DNA of 64,000 bases from the NCBI GenBank assembly GCA_016840085.1, contig JAEOTA010000054.1, positions 64,001-128,000 on the forward strand, read 5' to 3'. The notes under the pieces are model-generated. The model saw nothing but the letters and a program-made list of their open reading frames with translations, was not told where the DNA came from and did not search any database. Below are positions 39,757 to 49,860 of the stretch, in pieces (the first letter of the stretch is position 1; each line of letters begins with the position of its first letter). A program made the translations under genes and the position numbers. Source of the stretch: Promethearchaeota archaeon. Its GTDB lineage: Archaea > Asgardarchaeota > Lokiarchaeia > Sigyniarchaeales > SOKP01.

Positions 39757-40839
39757 ATGGAAAGAATCATTATCATACATTGGTCTTCGCAAACTGGACC
39801 AGAACCCATAATTCAATATCCTCCAGAAAAACCTTTTCCTGCTAAAGATATATTCTTAAAAATATGGGCGAAACACGAGTTAAATAAAGAAAATTCTATG
39901 ATTACTTATGAAGAGAGTGAGAATGGCTTTATATCAATTATCCAACAATTTGAAGGAGAAATTTGGATGGTAATATTAGTATATTCACAAAAAGATATGA
40001 TAGAACACTTTTTGATAGAAGTTTCACCTGACATTTTGGCAATTATAAGCAGAAATTTAGTAGAATTAATAAATACAAATAAAATTACTCGTGCTATCTC
40101 TGAGGCTTATAATACTATAAAAAATTATTCCAAATTGGATAGAGAAGAGAATCTAATTAATTTTTTCCAAGATAAAATAAAATTTACGATTTTACAAATT
40201 CTAAGAAATGGTGTCATATCTAAATCGAAATTAACAAATAAATTACGGCACGATTATGGTTTTTCAACTGTAAATATTGATTTAATATTGACTTCTTTCT
40301 TTCGTGAAAGTTTAATTGTTAAACAAAATGTACCAGGGAGTGAGGAGTGTTATTTCTTGGTAATTGACTTGTCCTGTACAAGAATTCCTCCAAATAATCT
40401 TACTATTGATCCTCTAGATACAAATATTATAAAAAAATATCAAGAAAACATAAAAAATTTTTATTTTGATTATGATAAAATCATCGAAGTAGAGAGTAAA
40501 ACTATTATACAAACAATCTTATTGGATAAAGATGTATTTACATTGATTAAAACATTAAGAGAAAGGAATCTTTCTGTAAATGAATGTTTAAATATTTTAA
40601 ACAATAAAGAAGGATTATTTAACGAGCTTTTAAATAAAAAGTTTATTTATGAAGCAAAAGGACTAGTTTTTATTTTCTCAGATGTTCGGTTTATTAAATT
40701 TATACCTTACTATATTATTGAAAAATTAATAGAGCGGTATAGAAACCAAGATATATCTCTAAATGAATATTTAACACACTTAAAATTATTGACTGAACAA
40801 TTAGATATACACCCTTTTCTCGATTATGAAATAGTGTAA
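39757..40839 (+). CDS. Longin/uDENN-like N-terminal domain protein with probable winged-helix C-terminal regions
   Basis: N-terminal IIIIHWSSQTGPEPIIQYP matches the [FW]xxxxGP...QYP start of uDENN/longin folds; later ILQILRNG.ISK..L..KL wHTH-like segment. Confidence 0.6.
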   Translation: MERIIIIHWSSQTGPEPIIQYPPEKPFPAKDIFLKIWAKHELNKENSMITYEESENGFISIIQQFEGEIWMVILVYSQKDMIEHFLIEVSPDILAIISRNLVELINTNKITRAISEAYNTIKNYSKLDREENLINFFQDKIKFTILQILRNGVISKSKLTNKLRHDYGFSTVNIDLILTSFFRESLIVKQNVPGSEECYFLVIDLSCTRIPPNNLTIDPLDTNIIKKYQENIKNFYFDYDKIIEVESKTIIQTILLDKDVFTLIKTLRERNLSVNECLNILNNKEGLFNELLNKKFIYEAKGLVFIFSDVRFIKFIPYYIIEKLIERYRNQDISLNEYLTHLKLLTEQLDIHPFLDYEIV

Positions 40840-40936
40840 AAATTTCTGATTTTATTAAATAAAATCATAAAATGATTTATATTATTACTTAATATCAAAT
40901 TGAGATTCAACACTTTTTCAAAGGAATCCATGAATT

Positions 40937-41644
40937 TTATTCTTTTAACCCAAAATAGAATAACCAAGCAGAGAGAGCCATTGCAGATCTAACAAATATT
41001 AAGGTTACACCAGGAGAAAATAAACCGTCTAATATGGCTCCGATAATGTATATAAAAGCTCCTAAAGATATTAAAAAAAACTTTCTCCTTATTATTCCAG
41101 TAGCTTGAATACTTTTTCTTAAAAATCCAAATCCAAGAAAAATTAATAATGATAGTAAAAATATCAAGGCTGCTATACCAGTTATTGAAGTAAAAACAAG
41201 ATTATCATTAATTAAATCTCCTCCGGGAGTTGAAGGATTATCGTATGTGACGGAACCTGATAGATCTATAAAAAGAAATAATTCGAAAATTATGCCTAAA
41301 ACTAAATAAATTGAAAAAATATACCATTTTTTCTTCGGTGTTATAAGTATAGCACCAATATACATAGCAAATAGGACCGCTCCAGGAAACCACATCCAAT
41401 TTATAAGACCTATTATTCCAAACGAATTATCTACATTGTCTTCAGTTAAAAGGATTGTAAAAAAATCTAAAACATCTCCTGTATAAACAAGACCAGCAAA
41501 AATATATATTAGACCCAAATATAATATAAGATTTGAATGTTTTATTCTTGATTTAATAACAAAAAATAATCCAAAGAGAATTGAAAAAACAAAAACGCCT
41601 GATGCTGTAATCCCACTTAACCAACCTATATAAGAAAGTGTGAT
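40937..41644 (-). CDS. Stand-alone 7-TM membrane protein
   Basis: The frame stays open for 42 codons upstream of the track start, to ATC 41644 behind AGGTGA. This adds TM1 (GWLSGITASGVFVFSILFGLFFVI), giving 7 hydrophobic segments. Confidence 0.75.
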   Translation of the reverse strand: MTLSYIGWLSGITASGVFVFSILFGLFFVIKSRIKHSNLILYLGLIYIFAGLVYTGDVLDFFTILLTEDNVDNSFGIIGLINWMWFPGAVLFAMYIGAILITPKKKWYIFSIYLVLGIIFELFLFIDLSGSVTYDNPSTPGGDLINDNLVFTSITGIAALIFLLSLLIFLGFGFLRKSIQATGIIRRKFFLISLGAFIYIIGAILDGLFSPGVTLIFVRSAMALSAWLFYFGLKE

Positions 41645-41874
41645 AAAAATTCACCTTTTGAAGATATATTTATTATTCAATACCTGTTGTTTTTTTAGAG
41701 TTTATAAATATTTTGAGTTCTAACTTAAATTAGATATAAAGGTAATTTTTATACATGACCAAATTTACTAATGTCTATCTAATCATAATGAGAAAACGAT
41801 CCAAATAGTAAAAAGAAATAAGTCTTGAAAATATCGTATTATAATAAATAGGAAATATGGAAAAATAACTAAAA

Positions 41875-42567
41875 TTAGATAGTTAAGATCGAAGTATCTG
41901 AAATCTTTTTATCAACTGGTGCCTTTCCATCTCCATAAATATGATATAATGCAGTTCTTCGTGCAATTTCATAAAAACTACGATAGATGTCCTTTTCTTG
42001 ATTAAATAATGCGCAGGTTTTATAAACTAATGGATTCCAAATATATAAGTCATTTTTAGCCTTATACCATAGTTTCTCATTTTTTAAAATCTGGATAAAA
42101 TCTTCATCACTAATTACATCTTTAAGATCTTGTTTATTCAGCATAATTATAAAAGGGATGTCTTTAATTAGCCGATTTTTTGTTATACTTTTTAATTCTA
42201 ATAGAAATTCTATATTATCCTCAAAAAATCTAATTTGGGAGTCCACTACAAAAATGACAGCATCAGTTTCAGCATCAAGCATATTAAAGACTTTAATTCT
42301 AAGTGGAGTAAAACCTTTTTGACCTGCCACTGTATAAACTCTATAATACACCTTTTTATGTTTCTTTGATTGAAAAATCCCTCTATCAAAATAGAGTGTA
42401 GCACCACTTGCTCTATCTATTTTTTTTAAATCACCAACAGGAATAATTTCTCTTGTACCTTCTTTTGTTAATTTATAAAGTGTATTTAGTATGGTAGTTT
42501 TACCTGATCTTGCCATGCCATAATATACTATCTTTAAATAGATGTTACCCTCTTTGTATTGAACCAT
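41875..42567 (-). CDS. MglA-like small GTPase
   Basis: LKIVYYGMARSGKTT (G1), ATLYFD (G2), YTVAGQ (G3), FVVDSQ, NKQD (G4), TCA (G5). Confidence 0.85.
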   Translation of the reverse strand: MVQYKEGNIYLKIVYYGMARSGKTTILNTLYKLTKEGTREIIPVGDLKKIDRASGATLYFDRGIFQSKKHKKVYYRVYTVAGQKGFTPLRIKVFNMLDAETDAVIFVVDSQIRFFEDNIEFLLELKSITKNRLIKDIPFIIMLNKQDLKDVISDEDFIQILKNEKLWYKAKNDLYIWNPLVYKTCALFNQEKDIYRSFYEIARRTALYHIYGDGKAPVDKKISDTSILTI

Positions 42568-42796
42568 TAAAAAAACTCCAAACTTTTTGCAGAATTCGAT
42601 TAAATATATATACTTTTCTTTATCTTTAATTATTTCACTTAAATTGATTTACCTAAGAATATATATACTAATTTTCAAAATTAAAGATTTTGCATTTTTA
42701 ATTATTTTTATAAATAATAATTTTTTTTTACAATGAACAATGATTCTCACATAGATTAAGAAGTTAATTAATAAAAAGCTAAAAAAAATCGAACTC

Positions 42797-43315
42797 ATGG
42801 ATGAATATACCGACTCTGACTGGAACTGGGATTTTTATGAAGAATTGGTAGATGACGTAGAGGAAAACAAAAACATTATTGCATGCTGGGATTGTGGTAA
42901 ATGCGTAGGAGAATGTCCTGCTTCTAAGATTTCTAATTTTAACATAAGAAAGATTATTCAAAAGGTTCTAAAAGGAGATAAGAGCGTATTGAAGGATTCT
43001 GACATCTGGTTTTGCTTCTTATGCGAGCGATGTAAAAAAGTTTGTCCGAAAGAGAAAATCAATATACCATTACTTATTTTAAATTTAAGAAACGAATCAT
43101 TTAAGAAAGGATATGGGCCTAAATATAACGATCTTACCAAATATGTAGAAATGTCAGAAAAGTTTCTAACAAACGGAACTGTTTTAGATAAACCTTTAGG
43201 TGAGAAGCTTCCTCAAGATCGTATTGATGAGTTAAATGCAATTTGTGATTTTGCTCGAGTAAAATATGTTTTTAAAGCCAGTAAAAATAAAAAGAAAAAA
43301 AGAAAAAATAAATAA
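42797..43315 (+). CDS. hdrC: Heterodisulfide reductase subunit C-like (2x4Fe-4S)
   Basis: CWDCGKCVGECP and IWFCFLCERCKKVCP; directly upstream of hdrB. Confidence 0.85.
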   Translation: MDEYTDSDWNWDFYEELVDDVEENKNIIACWDCGKCVGECPASKISNFNIRKIIQKVLKGDKSVLKDSDIWFCFLCERCKKVCPKEKINIPLLILNLRNESFKKGYGPKYNDLTKYVEMSEKFLTNGTVLDKPLGEKLPQDRIDELNAICDFARVKYVFKASKNKKKKRKNK

Positions 43316-43343
43316 CTAACAATTTAAGATAGAATAAATTATA

Positions 43344-44357
43344 ATGGAAGCTCAAAATTTAGCGTTAGATTTAGAAAAAATTGAGAAAGACTACCCCGAA
43401 AATCCTATAGAATTTTTTAGGGGAAAGAGACTATGTTTATTTAAAGCATGTCTAGAGGCTTACTTCCCTGGTGTCAGATGGGGTATTCAAGATTTATTAG
43501 AAGACTTAGATTTAGAAGTCACCACCTGCGCTAGTCAATCTTGTTGTAGTGGAACATTTTTCCAACGGAATTTAATTACAAGAGCGCAATTTGCAGCAAT
43601 AAATGAAAGAAATCTTAACGAAATGAATCGTCAGGCAGATATTGTTTTGTTTAGTTGTAATGGATGTTATAATTCCGTTTTAAGAGGTCGAGATTTTTTA
43701 AAAGTCCCAGAAGTTAAAAAAAAAACACAAGATATTTTAAATAATTTAAAAAAAAAGGATTTAGGGGAAAATTATCCTAGAAAATATAATGTTCTGGGTA
43801 ATCCAAAAATAAAAGTTATACATGACTTAGACTTCTTATATTTAATAAAAAATAATGTGCTTGATTCCCTTAAATTTGATTTGAAGGGTCTCAAAGTAGC
43901 TGCACATTATGGATGTCATTACTTAAATTTAGAAAGGGATAAAAAGTCAATTGAAAGTTATATAAAGGATAAAACCAAACTAGATGAATTTATAACTTTA
44001 TTTGGTGGCATTCCTTTAGATTACCAGGAAAAAGATGAATGTTGTGGATGGGGGGCATCTCAGATTGTATTGCATCCAGAGGAGGCTTTAAAAGTTACTT
44101 ATAAAAAATTGAAAAGTGCTGAAAATGTCGGAGCAGATTTTCTATTAATGCCCTGTCCAACTTGTTTATACACACTTAGTAAACCGGAATTTAGAAATGA
44201 GATTAATACCTTATTTAACGAAAAATTGGATATCCCTACTATTCATATAAATGAATTGATTGCAATATTAAGAGGATGTGAAGAAGAACGATGTATTACT
44301 CTAAGAAGAAGAACTCCACGTCTGGATGAAATATTTGAAATTATTACACGAGAGTAA
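43344..44357 (+). CDS. hdrB: Heterodisulfide reductase subunit B-like (two CCG domains)
   Basis: QSCCSG, CNGCY, AAHYGCH, CCGWG, PCPTC. Confidence 0.87.
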   Translation: MEAQNLALDLEKIEKDYPENPIEFFRGKRLCLFKACLEAYFPGVRWGIQDLLEDLDLEVTTCASQSCCSGTFFQRNLITRAQFAAINERNLNEMNRQADIVLFSCNGCYNSVLRGRDFLKVPEVKKKTQDILNNLKKKDLGENYPRKYNVLGNPKIKVIHDLDFLYLIKNNVLDSLKFDLKGLKVAAHYGCHYLNLERDKKSIESYIKDKTKLDEFITLFGGIPLDYQEKDECCGWGASQIVLHPEEALKVTYKKLKSAENVGADFLLMPCPTCLYTLSKPEFRNEINTLFNEKLDIPTIHINELIAILRGCEEERCITLRRRTPRLDEIFEIITRE

Positions 44358-44389
44358 TAAAAAAATTAATTCTATTAATATAAATATGG

Positions 44390-44785
44390 TTACATTTCTT
44401 CTATTGCAAATCGGGGGCAACTATCCAGGCATAGCAGACAGCCTATACACTTCTCATAAGAGAATTCTAATCTTTCTTCTTCATCAAAATGTAACGCATC
44501 AGTCGGACATAATGAAATACAAGCTCCACAATCAATGCAGTTTTCAATATTAACTATTACTCGACCTTTTTTATTTACAACTATATTATTTTGTTTCAAC
44601 GATTCTGTTATCGTTTTTATTTTCTCTTCTGGAATATCCAATAATAGATTTACACCATCCGAACCTGTAGTAAACTTTAAAATATTAAAGGTAATATCGT
44701 GTCTTAAGATTTCATTTACTATTTTAGAGTAATCATTGATGTTTTTTAGTAATCCAAAAGGTATTGAAACATTTATAATAGTCAA
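44390..44785 (-). CDS. NIL-like domain plus 2x[4Fe-4S] ferredoxin (partner of aspartate-semialdehyde sulfurtransferase, MA1822-like)
   Basis: CIDCGACISLCP and CIGCLLCLDSCP; N-terminal FNIL motif; adjacent to the DUF39 gene. Confidence 0.85.
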   Translation of the reverse strand: MTIINVSIPFGLLKNINDYSKIVNEILRHDITFNILKFTTGSDGVNLLLDIPEEKIKTITESLKQNNIVVNKKGRVIVNIENCIDCGACISLCPTDALHFDEEERLEFSYEKCIGCLLCLDSCPRFAIEEM

Positions 44786-44786
44786 T

Positions 44787-46259
44787 TTACATCAACTCCT
44801 CCGAAGTTATTATCCCTGTTACTTTTTCATTATCATCTATAACAGGTAAAGCAGATATATTATGTTGTTTCATTTTTCTGGCAGCATTGCTTATTGGCTC
44901 GTCATCATATGTAGTGATTACGCGTTTAGTTATAATGGATGCTAAATCATGTGCATCTTCTGCTATAGCTCTAGTAATATCGAAGCTTGTTACAATACCT
45001 TTTAGGTGGTTTTCTTTATCTGTAATAACGATATGATTAACATTTTCCTTAATTATCTTTTCAGCAACAATCTTAATATCACAATCTTCATAACAAATTT
45101 CCGCATCCTTTTTCAAATCTTTTACAAATTTTAATTTGGAAGTCATTTTCATAGGCTTAAAAACTGTATCTGTAGGTAATGTTTCAGCAGGGGGATTTAA
45201 GTAAAATATCCCCTCTTGAATCCATTTTTTAAGAGTTTCAGCAATTTTTCGAGCATAAAATAATGATGATAATGAAGAACATTTTACTTTATTATCATTT
45301 AATTCAATATATCCACTTTTTAATTCCTTATAGCTTATTTGCTTGATATTTGGTCTGTCTCTTCTTGGAACCCCATAATCTACTATTTCAGTTAGAATCT
45401 CTTCATCTCTAATTGCTGTCTTTTTAGCTAGTCCTTCATTTAAAATAGGAATAGGAATCCCAATTCCTACAAACATCGAGGTACCATATTTTTCATAGGT
45501 TACTCCACGCAAATATTCTGGTGTCATTTGTTTTAGGTCTCCTTTCACAAATAATGTTCCGAGTCTATTAACTGGATTGTGCTGAGTTCCCTCTCCTATG
45601 ACATAACCAATCCCTCCTCCTAAAAATATCCTAGTACCTATCCCTATAGTTTCATAATCGGGGTCATTATTTAGTGGGCTTAAGCATCCTGCTCCAGAAT
45701 AATGGGCATTCCCAAAATGAGGTAATAATTTTCCCATATAAGTATACAAAGTTCTATCAGAACTATTGATTGCACAAACATATCTTTGATATGCATTTCG
45801 CGGATTACATAAAATTGCTTGATTTAAATCCTCAATTGAAAATTCTGTGTCAACTTCAGCTAAAGGATAACAATCTGTTGTATACGAATTACCTCTCAAC
45901 CTTATATATTTTCCAGAAACTAAGTCTTCAATAACATGACCTCCGCCATATTCAAAAGGTCGGACATCTGCCATTCTAGTACATCCAATATAACAGTCTA
46001 CAGCAGCATTCCCATGATATGCATGTACGTCATTTAACCACATATGCTCAAACTTTATAGGAGGATCTGTATGACCAAAATTTAAGAATGCTCCACTTGA
46101 ACACATAGGTCCAAATGTTCCCGTAGTTACCACGTCAACTTCTTCTGCTGCAACCTTAATCCCTTTTTGGTCCACAATTCTAATCATTTCTTCTGCAGTA
46201 ACTACAATAGCATTGCCATTTTTAATTTTTTTATTTATTTCAGAATAAGTTTTAGTCAA
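44787..46259 (-). CDS. L-aspartate semialdehyde sulfurtransferase / homocysteine biosynthesis protein (DUF39 plus CBS pair; MA1821/MJ0100-like)
   Basis: VVTAEEM, VDVVTTGTFGPMCSSGA, YGGGHVIEDL, NPRNAYQ, IGIGTRIFLGG, C-terminal CBS pair. Start TTG 46259 behind GGTGG. Confidence 0.9.
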   Translation of the reverse strand: MTKTYSEINKKIKNGNAIVVTAEEMIRIVDQKGIKVAAEEVDVVTTGTFGPMCSSGAFLNFGHTDPPIKFEHMWLNDVHAYHGNAAVDCYIGCTRMADVRPFEYGGGHVIEDLVSGKYIRLRGNSYTTDCYPLAEVDTEFSIEDLNQAILCNPRNAYQRYVCAINSSDRTLYTYMGKLLPHFGNAHYSGAGCLSPLNNDPDYETIGIGTRIFLGGGIGYVIGEGTQHNPVNRLGTLFVKGDLKQMTPEYLRGVTYEKYGTSMFVGIGIPIPILNEGLAKKTAIRDEEILTEIVDYGVPRRDRPNIKQISYKELKSGYIELNDNKVKCSSLSSLFYARKIAETLKKWIQEGIFYLNPPAETLPTDTVFKPMKMTSKLKFVKDLKKDAEICYEDCDIKIVAEKIIKENVNHIVITDKENHLKGIVTSFDITRAIAEDAHDLASIITKRVITTYDDEPISNAARKMKQHNISALPVIDDNEKVTGIITSEELM

Positions 46260-46482
46260 ATTACCACCAATATTCACAATTATTTATGGTCACATTTTCA
46301 ATTTTATATGAGTATGATTAATTCAAAATAAATAGTATGTAAAATTTAAATATTTGATAGATAAAAAATGCATTAAATGCATACTCACAATATATAAAGT
46401 AAGTATAAACTCAAAATTTTCAGAATCCTTTTTAGTTTTATTATGTTTTTTTCAATAATATCATACATAAAAAGAAATTTCT

Positions 46483-47400
46483 ATGGAAAAAGATACATTT
46501 CTTAGCCAGAGTTCAACCAAAAGTTTAATTGCTATAATTCTTTTAGTTTTAACTACTATTCTTTGGGGCTCATCATTTATTCTTACAAAATATATGACTG
46601 AAAATGTCCCCATTTTCCTTTTTCTTGGAATAAGGTTTTTAATTGCATTATTCGGATTCATACCATTTTTTCCTCATTTAAAAAATATTAATAAAAAAAT
46701 TATTTTGATGGGTTTTATAACTGGAATGCTCTATTTTTTTGGTATTGCGTTTCAAACATTTGGTCTTCAAACAACAACGGCTGGGAAAGCAGGTTTTATT
46801 ACCGGATTAAGTACAGTTATAGTTCCTTTTATTACTTGGCTTGGATTTAAAAAACCCCTGAATAGAAGAGTTTGGGTTGCTGTAGCATTGTCTATGGTAG
46901 GTATGGCTTTCTTACTGCTAGAAGGTGAATCTGGATTCATCATTGGTGATATCTTAGTTTTAATCTGTGCTTTCTTCTGGGCAATTTATATTGTATTTAA
47001 TGATAAATACGTAAGGCTAAGTGATGTATATCTTTATTCGATCATTCAAATCTCCGTCATCTCCGGAATAAGTTTTATTTGTTCTTTAGTTTTAGGAGAA
47101 AAGTATATTTGGACCTCAACCCAACCAACTTTCTGGCTTATAATGGTTTATATGGGAATCGGTATAATGACACTCACTATTTTATTCCAAAACTGGAGCC
47201 AACAATATCAAGAACCTGCTCAAACAGCAATAATATTTACTCTTGAACCTGTATTTGCAGCTTTATTTGGATTTCTTATTGGAAATGAAGTCCTTTCATT
47301 ATATGCTTGGTTTGGCTGTGCGTTGATTTTTATTGCAATCCTTATAACGGTCTTAAAAAATAAAAATAATTATGAGGAAAATAAGAGAGATTTACTTTAA
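46483..47400 (+). CDS. DMT/EamA family transporter
   Basis: LWGSSF, RFLIA, GLQTTTAGKAGFITGL, GDILVL, FTLEPVFA; ~10 TM segments. Confidence 0.9.
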   Translation: MEKDTFLSQSSTKSLIAIILLVLTTILWGSSFILTKYMTENVPIFLFLGIRFLIALFGFIPFFPHLKNINKKIILMGFITGMLYFFGIAFQTFGLQTTTAGKAGFITGLSTVIVPFITWLGFKKPLNRRVWVAVALSMVGMAFLLLEGESGFIIGDILVLICAFFWAIYIVFNDKYVRLSDVYLYSIIQISVISGISFICSLVLGEKYIWTSTQPTFWLIMVYMGIGIMTLTILFQNWSQQYQEPAQTAIIFTLEPVFAALFGFLIGNEVLSLYAWFGCALIFIAILITVLKNKNNYEENKRDLL

Positions 47401-47612
47401 ATTTATCAACGAGTTTAAATTATCTTAGACTCTTCATTTTAACTCGTTTATTATATATTAAATAACTTAATCTGTGCGTAAATCTAAAAATTTTTACTTA
47501 AACAATCATTTAAATATCTAAAAATTTATTTCTTATAATATATAAGGGTTGTTTTTTGACAAATGGCTTTTTTTAGACAATTCAGAAAAGTCAAATACCT
47601 GTGATATTGATA

Positions 47613-47771
47613 ATGACCGCACCTAAATTAAAACCAAAAGATCTTACTATTTGTTCCAAGTGTGGTAATGTAATGGTTGGAAGAACGATCCGTACCGTTA
47701 ATAGTGGTAAAGTAGAACTTCAAAGGATAAAGCAATGTATTGTATGCCGTTTCTGGGTATCCTTAGATTGA
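47613..47771 (+). CDS. Small Zn-ribbon protein (52 aa), not in the ORF track
   Basis: MTAPKLKPKDLTICSKCGNVMVGRTIRTVNSGKVELQRIKQCIVCRFWVSLD: two CxxC pairs with beta-hairpin spacing. Confidence 0.72.
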   Translation: MTAPKLKPKDLTICSKCGNVMVGRTIRTVNSGKVELQRIKQCIVCRFWVSLD

Positions 47772-48022
47772 TTATTATTGGGTATTTTCTCAATAGACTT
47801 AATCAAATTGAACTTTATAAAATTTAAGACGATGAATAAACCTAAAAATAATAAGAGATTAATATTTGGTTTTGGAATAAGCCTTTATTTTAACTTTTAT
47901 CAAAAAGTAACATAAATAATAAAAGACATTAATGATTCGGTATAAAAAAGTTTGATTTAATTTCCATATTCATAAGCAGATTAAATGAGTTCATCGAATG
48001 TAGAAATTTTATAAAGAAAAGG

Positions 48023-48175
48023 GAAGGGAAAAAAGAAATCCGTGCTTAAGTAATAAAATCAGGGAGAGAATTAAACTCATTGAGTTTAATAGAGGGCGAA
48101 TTTCGGTATACCTTCGAATCGAGATTGTATATATCCAATGTTTACACGAATTTTCTTGTAGTTAGGTTTCCCTTC
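48023..48175 (-). ncRNA. Candidate structured non-coding RNA (unclassified)
   Basis: Nested complementary segments 48023-31/48167-75 and 48033-45/48144-57, inner palindrome 48070-90, minus-strand TATA-like box at 48198-48207, pyrimidine/U-rich 3' end. Confidence 0.35.
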
Positions 48176-48349
48176 TTATACTTTATTAGGTTTTTTTTAT
48201 ATAAAAATTAATTGGTTATAAAATATTATGTTCTTATATAACGAATTTACAGATTTGAAAGTTTTGAGTATTAACCGATTCCACATATATGACAAAATTA
48301 CGTTTAACTTCTAGATTTAAATTATTGAAGTTTTAATGGGTTATCAAAC

Positions 48350-49156
48350 TTAATTCAATATATCTGAAATTCTTAATTTTAATCCATCTTCAGCAGCAAT
48401 AATTTTTTTGATATTTGTGTTTTCTTTTAATTTTATCACTTGACTAGGCACATGGTTTTTTTTAGAGCGTGGACCATCCATAAATGATCCAAAATGCGTA
48501 ATAATCAAGCCATCTAATGGTGGATTTATTTTATTTAAATATGGAATAACTTCATCAGTACATACATGCCTTTTACAGGTGACCGAATCAGGTCGTAAAA
48601 GATTGAGAATAAGAATGTTGACCTTGGAGAATTGTTCTGAAAAGCCCTTAAAAACCATAGTGTCACTCGTATAAGCTAGAGAATAATCTGTAAGATTAAA
48701 CCTTATACCAAACCCTTCGTTATATGGAGAGTGAACGACCTTGGTACCGACTATCTCAACTCCTTTATATTGGAGCTTATCACCTGCTTTAAATCGTACA
48801 ATCTTCTCAAGCATATTTAGATGATATGTCTGGATCAGACTAATCACCTCATCATTAGTAATTAATATTCCCTTTTTATGATAAATATAGTTCTTATCAT
48901 GTAATATTTCTCTTGAACTTTCAATAACAGCACTAATATCATTATAATGGTCAACATGAGCATGGGATACGATGAAAAGCTCAGTTTTTACTGGATCTTC
49001 CATATATTGATTAATTCGTACTAAAGCTCCAGGTCCAGGATCTATATGCGCTTGTAAGTTATTAAATTTATATAAAAAACCACCAGTAGCACGGTGTTGA
49101 GTTCGTATATGATACCTTCCCCCCCCAGATCCCAGTATAATAAGTTCATCATTCAT
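48350..49156 (-). CDS. MBL-fold metallo-hydrolase (archaeal)
   Basis: ILGSGGGR, HIDPGPG, VSHAHVDH, YTSDT, ITHFG, AAEDG. Confidence 0.85.
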   Translation of the reverse strand: MNDELIILGSGGGRYHIRTQHRATGGFLYKFNNLQAHIDPGPGALVRINQYMEDPVKTELFIVSHAHVDHYNDISAVIESSREILHDKNYIYHKKGILITNDEVISLIQTYHLNMLEKIVRFKAGDKLQYKGVEIVGTKVVHSPYNEGFGIRFNLTDYSLAYTSDTMVFKGFSEQFSKVNILILNLLRPDSVTCKRHVCTDEVIPYLNKINPPLDGLIITHFGSFMDGPRSKKNHVPSQVIKLKENTNIKKIIAAEDGLKLRISDILN

Positions 49157-49182
49157 GATTTTTTGATTTATTTTTTATGAAC

Positions 49183-49701
49183 TTAATACTTACTTATATT
49201 AACTAGTTTTCTAGCTAAAACTACAAATGGTTCCTCTACATTATAACCAGATTTAGCTGAAGTTTTTACATAGTCAATCATATTAAAAGCATTTTTAATA
49301 TGAAGAGCACTTTCATCATCAACAGCGATAAAATCTTCTAAATCGTTTTTTGCTCCCACTAATACGATTGGTAAGTTGATATCATGAAGTCTTGCAATGT
49401 TTACCCATTCAAGGATATCTCCAATTTTAGGCATTTTTGTCATATCAAATAATAGAAGTGCGCCTCGTGCTCCCATAACGTAGCTTTCGAGGAGATATCT
49501 GAATCTCTTTTGGCCTCCTAGATCCCAAAGTTGCAAGGAGCAATGGAAATCATCAAAAACAACCTCTTTAATAAAAAATTCAACTCCTATTGTCATTATT
49601 GTGCTTTCATCGAAAAAACCATCTACATATCTTCTTAATAAGCTTGTCTTGCCCGCTCCTCCCTCTCCTGTCACTAAAATTTTAAATAAAAAATTACGCA
49701 T
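49183..49701 (-). CDS. Rab-like small GTPase
   Basis: FKILVTGEGGAGKTS, TIGVEF, WDLGGQ.RF, GAKND, TSAK; no C-terminal prenylation Cys; ATG 49701 preferred. Confidence 0.9.
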   Translation of the reverse strand: MRNFLFKILVTGEGGAGKTSLLRRYVDGFFDESTIMTIGVEFFIKEVVFDDFHCSLQLWDLGGQKRFRYLLESYVMGARGALLLFDMTKMPKIGDILEWVNIARLHDINLPIVLVGAKNDLEDFIAVDDESALHIKNAFNMIDYVKTSAKSGYNVEEPFVVLARKLVNISKY

Positions 49702-49860
49702 GTGTTTTCCTAGCAATGAATTATGAATAAGTCTATAATAAGTGATAAATGAAAAAACATCTATTTATTTTAACATATAAAAATATACTTCAATTTTAAA
49801 TTCACCATATTTGGTACATATTCTAATGGAAAAAGATTTTTGTAGTTTTATTTATTACAT

